From an uncultured Deferribacteres bacterium (GTDB taxonomy: Bacteria; Zhuqueibacterota; JdFR-76; BMS3Abin05), in NCBI GenBank assembly GCA_964579725.1, contig CAZOHG010000002.1, positions 30,890 to 94,889 on the forward strand: DNA of 64,000 bases, written 5' to 3'. Made by a program: the position numbers and the translations under genes. The notes beneath the pieces were generated by a model. That model searched no databases. It saw nothing but the letters and a program-made list of their open reading frames with translations, and was not told where the DNA came from. Every line of letters begins with the position of its first letter. Position 1 is the first letter of the stretch. This document shows positions 56,886-64,000 of the stretch, one piece after another.

Positions 56886-58460
56886 ATGAACACCTTTTCT
56901 CAAAAATCACGCCTGTCCCTTCTCTTTGCGGGACTGGCCATGTCTCTGGGCTGGGGCATCCGCGGCGATTTTGGCCACGAATTGGGAGCCATGGTTCCCG
57001 GAGCACTCATTGGATTGGCCGTTTGCCTAACCGCCAACCGCGAGGATTGGTTAAGGCGGTGGCCATTTTTCGGACTCTTTGGGGCCGTGGGCTGGGCTTT
57101 CGGCGGTCAGGTTAGCTACGGGCTGGTGATTGGCTACACGCGTGCTGCCCAATTTGGTACCACACTTCGGGGGTACAGCGGACTTTTTCTCATTGGCGGG
57201 CTCTGGGCAGCCGTCGGCATGGGGATTTTGCTCATTCCGGCCATTTGGGAGCGCCAAAAAATCCGGGAGCTTTTCACCCCATTTCTGGTCGTTTTGGGCA
57301 TTTGGGCAATTCAAGACCTTCTTTTTATTCATTTTTTCGGGGACACCGAGCCGGACCTTCTCAATTATTTTGACACTGACTGGGTACCGGCCACCACCGC
57401 TCTCTTGGGCATTTTGGGAACAGCGTTGGTTCAAAAAAGGGTCTCCAACGCCCTCTCCTTTTTTCTACACCTTACATTGGGCTGGTTTTTGGGTGTGTTT
57501 GCATTCGTTACCATTTTGGGCTGGCACCTTTCACCCCCTCGCAGTGACAACTGGGCGGGCATGCTTGGCTTGGCCGGGGGCCTTTTCTTCTATTTTTGGC
57601 GGCAAAGAGAAAAGCGAATCCCGTGGGCCATGGCGGGTGCCTTTATTTTCGGCGGAATTGGCTTTTCCGTCGGAGATTTTTTCCAAATCCTCGGAACGGC
57701 CACCGGTATTTCTATCGATTGGTGGAAAATCATGGAAGAAACTTTCGGTTTGGTCATGGGTACCGGGGTGGCGTGGCTTTTTGGCCAACTAAACCCGGCC
57801 ATTGCCCCTGCTCGGGAAAACGGCCCAGAAACCCGCTGGACAACCGGGTTTTCTCTCTATTTTCTCGGCGTCCTTCTCTTTTACATGCTCTTCACCCGCT
57901 CTTTTGGAAATTTACTCAATAAAAAACTGGTGCCGCCTGTGGTTTGGGGAATTCCCAGCAAGGTCTGGTTCCAGTTGGCATTTTTGCTTTTTGGTCTCAC
58001 TGTGTTTATTCTCCTTTGGGATTTGCTCAGGGAGAAAAGGCCTTACCTGCCGGTCTCCCGCCTGGGGCGCCTGCAAGTGTTTTTTCTTCTTTTTACTTGG
58101 ATGGCCTTTCTCTTAGACGCGGCTGTCCATTTCTACCCATTTGGAACGCATTCGGTCGCCGTGCAAGGGTATTTTTTCGTCGCTGCCCTGCTCCTTACCC
58201 TTTACGTGGGCGCGTTTGAATTTTCCCCCGCCTTTCCCAATGCAAAGTCTCAAACCGCTTTTCGCTGGCGCCCCCTTGTTTTGGCTTTTTTTCTGCTAAT
58301 TCCGGCACTGCTTTTAATGGAAACGTGGTTTTCTCTGCTCAGTCGCACCAGTTCTTCGTCTGTTGCTCACACGCGGTTTGCGAGAAAAAAAACGGCACAA
58401 GCGGGACGTCCGCAATATTGGGGAATGTCTCAAACAGAGAACTCGAGGGCCCGTCCCTAA
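56886..58460 (+). CDS. Polytopic membrane protein of unknown family
   Basis: A 524-aa protein with about 12 or more hydrophobic helices. The only motif I noted is GWGIRGDFGHELGAM. It starts 10 bp after the upstream glycosidase gene. I recognise no family. Confidence 0.5.
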   Translation: MNTFSQKSRLSLLFAGLAMSLGWGIRGDFGHELGAMVPGALIGLAVCLTANREDWLRRWPFFGLFGAVGWAFGGQVSYGLVIGYTRAAQFGTTLRGYSGLFLIGGLWAAVGMGILLIPAIWERQKIRELFTPFLVVLGIWAIQDLLFIHFFGDTEPDLLNYFDTDWVPATTALLGILGTALVQKRVSNALSFFLHLTLGWFLGVFAFVTILGWHLSPPRSDNWAGMLGLAGGLFFYFWRQREKRIPWAMAGAFIFGGIGFSVGDFFQILGTATGISIDWWKIMEETFGLVMGTGVAWLFGQLNPAIAPARENGPETRWTTGFSLYFLGVLLFYMLFTRSFGNLLNKKLVPPVVWGIPSKVWFQLAFLLFGLTVFILLWDLLREKRPYLPVSRLGRLQVFFLLFTWMAFLLDAAVHFYPFGTHSVAVQGYFFVAALLLTLYVGAFEFSPAFPNAKSQTAFRWRPLVLAFFLLIPALLLMETWFSLLSRTSSSSVAHTRFARKKTAQAGRPQYWGMSQTENSRARP

Positions 58461-58624
58461 AGGGATGAAAAGGGTCCCCAAATGGGCTCTTTGGTACTTT
58501 CTAATTGGGGAAAAATCCGCGGGCTTTGGCTTGGCTCCGAGTGGCTCGTGGGGGCGAGGTGTTTTAATTCATGATTGAAACCTTTTACTCAAAACAAGTT
58601 GAAAAACGGAGAGGATTCAAAAAA

Positions 58625-59566
58625 ATGGAAGAAAATTTTTTTAAGGGAGTTGTTACCCCGATGGTGACGCCTTTTCAGGCCGACGGTTCACTTGATTTGC
58701 CGGCTCTGGAGACTTTTTCTAACTGGCTGTGTACACGCGAGACCGACATTCTGTTTCCAATGGGCGGCACCGGCGAATACCAAACGCTGGAAGTTGAGGA
58801 GAGGAAAGACATCATTCGAACCGTTGTGGCCGCTGTGGAGAAACGGAAAAAAGTGGTACCCGGCGTCGGGGGGAAAAATCTCCGAGAAACTCTGGTGCTT
58901 GTGGAAGAAGCACAGAAAGTCGGTGCAGACGGGGTAAGTGTGGTCATTCCCACGGACTTGTCGGAGTTTTCGCGGGATTTGGGAACCTACTACGGGAAAG
59001 CAAAGAACGATTTTGAAACACTTTTTCAGTATTTTAGGAAAATTGACCGCGAATTGGACGTTCCTTTCATGATCTACGATTCCCACGGTCAATTGACTGA
59101 ACCCCAAATGCGAGAATTTGTGGCCGAACTTCCCCATTTTAAGGGGATCAAATACCGCACAGCCAACGAACAAGATTTTGGAGAGATTGTCTGGGCTTCG
59201 GGCGGAACGGTGAACATCCTTTCGGGAATCGAGTACACCTATTTGGGCAATTTAGCCATGGGTGCCACAGGCGTGGTCGGAGGGGGAGCCAATTACTTTC
59301 CGCATCTCATGGCACGGTTGAAAAGAGAATTTGAGGCGGGACAAATTGAAAATGCCCGAAACACCCAATTTTTGTTAATTGCGGCGGGCAAAAGCATGAA
59401 GGGACTCAGTTGGCCAATGAGTGCCAAAATCATTCTTCGGAAACTTGGACTTCCCATCCAGCTTGTGACCCGTGTGAAGAACAAGCCACACACTGAAGCG
59501 CGCGAACAGCAGATGTTGGATTTCATTTTACCCCTGTGTCAATCCCAAACAGAGGAGAACCGGTGA
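58625..59566 (+). CDS. DapA/NanA-family class I aldolase (sugar-acid or N-acetylneuraminate lyase-like)
   Basis: The family pattern is GVVTPMVTPF...DGS.D...L......E.DILFPMGGTGE. ATG at 58625 is preferred over the upstream start. Confidence 0.7.
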   Translation: MEENFFKGVVTPMVTPFQADGSLDLPALETFSNWLCTRETDILFPMGGTGEYQTLEVEERKDIIRTVVAAVEKRKKVVPGVGGKNLRETLVLVEEAQKVGADGVSVVIPTDLSEFSRDLGTYYGKAKNDFETLFQYFRKIDRELDVPFMIYDSHGQLTEPQMREFVAELPHFKGIKYRTANEQDFGEIVWASGGTVNILSGIEYTYLGNLAMGATGVVGGGANYFPHLMARLKREFEAGQIENARNTQFLLIAAGKSMKGLSWPMSAKIILRKLGLPIQLVTRVKNKPHTEAREQQMLDFILPLCQSQTEENR

Positions 59567-61962
59567 AAAATCTTCTACTTCTAACGGGGATTTTCGCGCT
59601 TGCGGGACTGGGTTTTTGGGGCTGTTCCCCACCGTCTTCAAAAACTGCACTTTTGAATGCGTCTCACCTGGTGCTTGTTTCGGCAGATCAGGATGAAACC
59701 CCGTTGCGCACAACCGCTGTCCGTTTTTTTCAGGACGAAGTGTTTGCACGCACCCAATTAAAAATCCCGTCTCGCTCCGATTCCAATGGTACGAACGGTC
59801 CGTACCTGATTCTCTCCACTCACCCGAAAAATCTGCCCCATTTTCCCCGGACCGATTGGCAAACCGAATGGGACACCCTTAACTCAGAGGGATTTTGTAT
59901 TCGCTCCGGGGAAAACAACCCCGGTCCATTTCAAATTGTGTTGCTGGCCAGATCAAACCGCGGCATTTTGTTTGGGTTGGGGTGGCTTTTGCGAAAAATG
60001 GTCTGGGCGCACGGGAAATTGTTGTTCCCGGCCCGTCTTTCGGTGACTACGTCACCCCAAACGACTTTTCGGGGTGATCAATTGGGCTACCGCCCCCTTT
60101 CCAACACGTACGACGCCTGGGATTTAACCCGGTACGAACAGTACATTCGCGATCTGGCTGTGTTCGGGGCGAACAGCATTGAACTGGTCATTTCCCCCAA
60201 AACAGATCCAAAAAAGCAAATTTTAATGAAAACTCCTCCCGACAAGATGAATCCGGCGCTGAGCAAACTCATTCATCGGTACGGAATGCAGGTGTGGGTG
60301 TGGTCGGCTGTCACGGACATCAACCCGAACGATCCGGGTTCCATCCGTCGGGCTTTGAAACGTCGCGAAAGGTGGTTTCGCGCCCTACCGTACATTGACC
60401 ACTGGTTTGTTCCCGGAGGCGATCCGGGAGATTTACCCGTTCCGTTGCTTTTCGATTTTCTTCAAAAAATGGCCACACTTTTGCACACTTTTCACCCCAA
60501 CGCCAAGGTGTGGATGTCCAATCAGGGGTTTGATGCTCAGAAAAATCGCCTTTTCTTTGACTATTTGAATCGGGTCCACCCCCACTGGTTGGGCGGCGTC
60601 GTGTACGGCCCATGGACGCACCTCTCGCTCACAGAAGAGCGGGCGCGCGTACCTTCTTTTTACTCCTTGCGTCGCTACCCGGACATCGGACATTCCGTGC
60701 GTTGCCAATATCCGGTACCCCATTGGGATCGAGCCTTTGCTATCATTGAAAATCGCGAGCCGATTAATCCCCGTCCCACTCAAATGGCCCACATTTTCCT
60801 TCAATTCCAACATTCCGCCGACGGCTTTGTGGCCTATTCGGAAGGCATTAACGATGATGTCAACAAAGCCGTCTGGAACGCCCTGGGGTGGAACCCAAAC
60901 GCTTCGGTCACAACCATTTTAGCCGACTACGTCCGGTATTTTATTTCCCCCCAACTTGTGAAACCGCTCGTACAGGGATTTTTGGGGCTGGAGAAAAATT
61001 GGCAGGGGCCTGTTTTGGAAAACGTGCACATTCGGCGCACACTCAAGTTGTGGGAAAAAATAGCCGGAGAAAACCCGTCTCTGGAAAAATCCAATTGGCG
61101 GTTTCAATCGGGATTGTTTCGCGCCTTTCTCGACGCGCTGGTTCAGCACCGCGCCCTACTCGAAAAGCGTCAGGAAGAGCACATGAACGCTGTCTTGCGG
61201 AAATTGGCTGCGCAAACCCCGGCAGCGGCCATTGACAGCGCCTTGGCCATTATTCGCCAACATCCCTCGGACAGGAAGACCCGGGAATTGACGTCTCGTG
61301 TACTGAAAATTGGCGAAGAACTTCATCGCACCATTGGCATTCAGCTTAGCGTGCCGCTTCAGCACGCCTACGGGTCTGAGCGCGGTGCCGTTTTGGACGC
61401 TTTGGGAGCTTCGCTGAATAACCGCGAGTGGCTGCTCGGCATGTTAGCCGGAATAGGCGTGCTCCCGGACGTAAAAGACCAGCGAACCGGCATTGAACAG
61501 ATTTTGAATTGGGAAAATCCGGGCCCGGGAGGCTTTTACGACGACCTGGGGAATGCGACCAAGGAGCCACATCTCTTACTGGGAAAAGGTTGGGCACAGG
61601 ACCCGGGGTTTGTGGCGTCGGCTCAGGACGAATTCTCGGGAGACCCGCCCCAACGGCTATCTTGGCGCGATCAGGCGCAAACTCTGTACGCCACGCCGCT
61701 GAAAATGCGGTACACCGGATTGGACCCAAAGGCACACTACACGCTACGGGTTCTGTACGCCGGGCGATTTCACCCCACCATGACGCTAACAGCCAATGAT
61801 TCTATTTTGATTCACGGGCCTCTGCCCCAGCCGCGGGATTTTATTCCCCGCCGGTTCGACATTCCGCAAGCAGCCACCCGAACCGGCACTTTAACACTCA
61901 CCTGGCACCGGGTTTCTGGCAGAGGCTGCCAGGTGGCGGAGGTGTGGCTTGAAAAAAAATAG
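59563..61962 (+). CDS. Lipoprotein, putative glycoside hydrolase with a GH20/GH67/GH115-type N-terminal domain (DUF4838-like)
   Basis: The GTG start overlaps the upstream stop in a GTGA arrangement, and AGGAG lies 6 nt upstream. The lipoprotein signal is MKNLLLLTGIFALAGLGFWGC. The N-terminal domain motif is FCIRSGENNPGPFQIVLLARSNRGILFGLGWLLRKM. Confidence 0.45.
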   Translation: MKNLLLLTGIFALAGLGFWGCSPPSSKTALLNASHLVLVSADQDETPLRTTAVRFFQDEVFARTQLKIPSRSDSNGTNGPYLILSTHPKNLPHFPRTDWQTEWDTLNSEGFCIRSGENNPGPFQIVLLARSNRGILFGLGWLLRKMVWAHGKLLFPARLSVTTSPQTTFRGDQLGYRPLSNTYDAWDLTRYEQYIRDLAVFGANSIELVISPKTDPKKQILMKTPPDKMNPALSKLIHRYGMQVWVWSAVTDINPNDPGSIRRALKRRERWFRALPYIDHWFVPGGDPGDLPVPLLFDFLQKMATLLHTFHPNAKVWMSNQGFDAQKNRLFFDYLNRVHPHWLGGVVYGPWTHLSLTEERARVPSFYSLRRYPDIGHSVRCQYPVPHWDRAFAIIENREPINPRPTQMAHIFLQFQHSADGFVAYSEGINDDVNKAVWNALGWNPNASVTTILADYVRYFISPQLVKPLVQGFLGLEKNWQGPVLENVHIRRTLKLWEKIAGENPSLEKSNWRFQSGLFRAFLDALVQHRALLEKRQEEHMNAVLRKLAAQTPAAAIDSALAIIRQHPSDRKTRELTSRVLKIGEELHRTIGIQLSVPLQHAYGSERGAVLDALGASLNNREWLLGMLAGIGVLPDVKDQRTGIEQILNWENPGPGGFYDDLGNATKEPHLLLGKGWAQDPGFVASAQDEFSGDPPQRLSWRDQAQTLYATPLKMRYTGLDPKAHYTLRVLYAGRFHPTMTLTANDSILIHGPLPQPRDFIPRRFDIPQAATRTGTLTLTWHRVSGRGCQVAEVWLEKK

Positions 61963-62498
61963 CTTCCACCCACCCATGAATGGGCGGCTTTTGGTCAAGT
62001 CTCCCTGGGGCACGCGGGATTGAAAAAAGTAGCAGTTTAAATTGTAAATTCTTAATCTAATCTACCGCCGCCCCAACGGAGCGGGATAAAATAGCCCGGG
62101 CAACGCCCCGGGAAAAAGAGTACCCATTGGCCCCAAATTCCTCCTGAAGGGGAAAGATAAAAATTCAACGGTTGGGGGGCGAGTTGGGTTCTAAATTGAA
62201 TGTAAGAGACAAAAGACAGTGGAGCTTCAATTTTGACACCTGTGTTCTCAGGGAATTTGACCCAATCGGGTGTGAAAAAACATCCCCCTTGCCCTTTTCA
62301 AAAGGGGGACAATAGGGCCGCAGCACTTTTTCCCCGTGTCCACGGGACACGGGCCGAGTCCAAGCCAACCAGTTTACTGGTGGGCGGAGGGCGTAGAAAA
62401 ATAAAAGGGGACTTTTTTCAGGCACAACACCCTAAATTCACAAGTGTCACTCAATTCCCAAAATTTAATCGGTTTCCATAAAAAAAGGAGGAGCACCG

Positions 62499-64000
62499 AT
62501 GAAAACAAAAAAACGAAATTGGGCCTGGCTGGTCCTGGTCCTCATTCTGGCCACCGGTTTCTTTTCTTGCGGCAAAAGTGTTCAAATGCACGGGTGGCGT
62601 CTTGTACCCAATTCCAAAACAAAAACGCTTGCCGTACAAAATACCCGATTGGGCCTTGTTTTGAACAACCTTACTTTTGCTCTAAAAGTGAACGGAAAAA
62701 CGGACACTCTCAAGCAATGGAAAATCACGCGTACTTCCAATGGTTTCAAATTCGATTTTTTGCAACCAAAATCAGTCCGGTGGGAAATTACTCTTGGCGA
62801 TTCTACCGTTACCACGACATGTTCGGCACACAATGGGGTCGTCTTGGCACAGGCCCCCGCTTCGGACGCTCGTTTCCCGGCGCGCACCGCCAAAGAGGAC
62901 AATGGTGTCATGTACACGGCTCTGGGACCTATCTCAGCTGGTACTTTTCACCATCTCTTTGACCGCCAGACGGATATTCTGATCGAATTCCCCTCCACAA
63001 GCATTCTTGAACGCAATCCCCAAAATAAAAACATTCTCAATATTTCCATCCCGGTCGCTTCAAACACCACTTTGATTCGGCTTTGGCCGGAATATTACAA
63101 CAATGTGGTGGGGCTTTCTCACTACAAAAAAACGGCCTTTGAGCCCAAATACATCCCCTTTCCCGGGCGTTTTAATCACGCTGCCACGGGTTGGTGTAGC
63201 TGGTATTGTTACTACATGAAAGCCGACGAAAAGGGGATGGTACTCCAGACCGATGTGCTGGCCGACGAGTTAAAGCCGTACGGACTGGAATACGTTCAAT
63301 TGGATGCCTGTTACACCCGTGGCAAGGACGCCAATTGGTTGGAATGGACGCGCTCCAGTTTCCCCCACGGCGGTAAATGGCTGTTTGCCTACATTGCCAA
63401 CAAGGGGCTAAAACCGGGACTCTGGCTCAATGCCTACGGCGCCAATTACGCCAAACCGGCCATGGCTGAAAAATACCCGGAGAACTTTTTTCTTCACGAC
63501 AAAAACGGACATCTTTCAGGCGCTTGCTGTACAGCCGACACCACAGTGGTTCGCCTCGATTACTCCAACCCTGCTGTTATTGAGAAACACCTCAAACCCC
63601 TTTTTACCACGCTGGTGAACGATTGGGGATTGCGTTATTTGAAAGACGCCGGCTGGGGCACGTGGATGAACTTCTTTGAGAAAAACCGATCAGCTGCTTT
63701 TGACAGCACGGCGGATAGCCGCCTAATTTACCGCAAAGTGCAGGAAACCATTCGCGACATTCTTGGCCCCAAAAATTACATCGACGGCTGCGCCATGCAC
63801 GAAGTCGGCCTGGGATTCGGCATTTACGACGGCTCGCGCACGGGCGGCGACGACAAAGCCATTTGGGCACCGCCGAAAGGCAAAAAGGGAATGTCCATGC
63901 AAACCTTCTTTAACTCCCTGTTCGGAGCCAATTATCTGAACGGCATTTGCTGGTGGTCTGATCCGGATGTGGTCATGGTGCGTTCCCCCTTAACCATGGA
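62499..64000 (+). CDS. Alpha-galactosidase-like clan GH-D hydrolase (GH36/GH27-like), lipoprotein; 3' end beyond the window
   Basis: ATG at 62499 has an AAAGGAGGAG Shine-Dalgarno. The lipoprotein signal is ...LATGFFSCG. The catalytic-region motif is HAATGWCSWYCYYMKADEKGM followed by DACY...W. It is not in the ORF track because it is edge-truncated. Confidence 0.55.
   Translation, partial: MKTKKRNWAWLVLVLILATGFFSCGKSVQMHGWRLVPNSKTKTLAVQNTRLGLVLNNLTFALKVNGKTDTLKQWKITRTSNGFKFDFLQPKSVRWEITLGDSTVTTTCSAHNGVVLAQAPASDARFPARTAKEDNGVMYTALGPISAGTFHHLFDRQTDILIEFPSTSILERNPQNKNILNISIPVASNTTLIRLWPEYYNNVVGLSHYKKTAFEPKYIPFPGRFNHAATGWCSWYCYYMKADEKGMVLQTDVLADELKPYGLEYVQLDACYTRGKDANWLEWTRSSFPHGGKWLFAYIANKGLKPGLWLNAYGANYAKPAMAEKYPENFFLHDKNGHLSGACCTADTTVVRLDYSNPAVIEKHLKPLFTTLVNDWGLRYLKDAGWGTWMNFFEKNRSAAFDSTADSRLIYRKVQETIRDILGPKNYIDGCAMHEVGLGFGIYDGSRTGGDDKAIWAPPKGKKGMSMQTFFNSLFGANYLNGICWWSDPDVVMVRSPLTM

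Noticed and set aside
62444-62962. A 172-aa ORF from the track overlapping the start of the alpha-galactosidase-like gene.
   Set aside because: It is in the wrong frame. The real gene starts at ATG 62499 with a strong Shine-Dalgarno and a lipoprotein signal, and it continues past the window end. That is why the track lacks it.
1-64000. I looked for CRISPR arrays, tRNA or rRNA genes, integrases, transposases and toxin-antitoxin or restriction-modification genes.
   Set aside because: I found no direct-repeat/spacer arrays, no tRNA-like GTTC-loop or acceptor motifs, no recombinase signatures, and no recognisable defence or mobile genes. The only mobile-element-like trace is the truncated DUF4143 ATPase fragment.

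Overview
This 64-kb window is a chromosomal segment of roughly 50 % GC. It most likely comes from an FCB-group bacterium (Bacteroidota/Ignavibacteriota-like): one secreted protein ends in a type IX secretion C-terminal sorting domain, and the glycan-degrading genes have no SusC/SusD partners. Coding density is high. The ORF track leaves out the two edge-truncated genes, so I read those directly: a multi-PAS sensor histidine kinase at 1..2316 (-) and an alpha-galactosidase-like hydrolase at 62499..64000 (+).

Gene content in order:
- 1..2316 (-): multi-PAS sensor histidine kinase, 3' partial.
- 2904..3686 (-): PAP2 phosphatase.
- 4107..6041 (-): pentaheme c-type cytochrome with a T9SS C-terminal domain.
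- 6350..16411 (-): a copper/heavy-metal resistance island. It holds a CPH-type CopB P1B-ATPase with a His-rich N-terminus, a SHOCT protein, a Met-rich Spy/CpxP-like periplasmic protein, cusCBA and a tandem-YHS protein.
- 16895..18295 (+): lpdA.
- 18568..22965 (+): an alkyl-DHAP-synthase-like FAD oxidase, glpD and a DAGK-family lipid kinase. I read this as a candidate ether-lipid locus.
- 23146..29263 (+): a POT peptide transporter, a PPDK_N-domain protein and an M1 aminopeptidase.
- 29677..36320 (+): a secreted protein, a FecR-domain protein, a large outer-membrane-barrel-like protein and a CHASE2 adenylate cyclase. I read these four as a candidate envelope-signalling module.
- 36380..37804 (-): alanine/cation symporter.
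- 37805..39253: a decayed stretch holding a truncated DUF4143 ATPase fragment.
- 39254..64000: a periplasmic glycan-degradation locus with GH3, two tandem GH38 alpha-mannosidases flanking a PA14 protein, HAD-IIA, GH78 rhamnosidase, NagB, a TIM-barrel glycosidase, an unknown 524-aa membrane protein, a DapA/NanA-family lyase, a GH20/67-like lipoprotein and a GH36/27-like enzyme.

The most striking feature is in the two GH38 paralogs. They share a 915-bp nucleotide-perfect 3' repeat (42384-43298 and 46465-47379) with a sharp boundary, and that block has strongly anomalous codon usage (almost all G-ending codons, A-ending nearly absent) compared with the rest of the window. I found no tRNA, rRNA, CRISPR array or intact mobile element.
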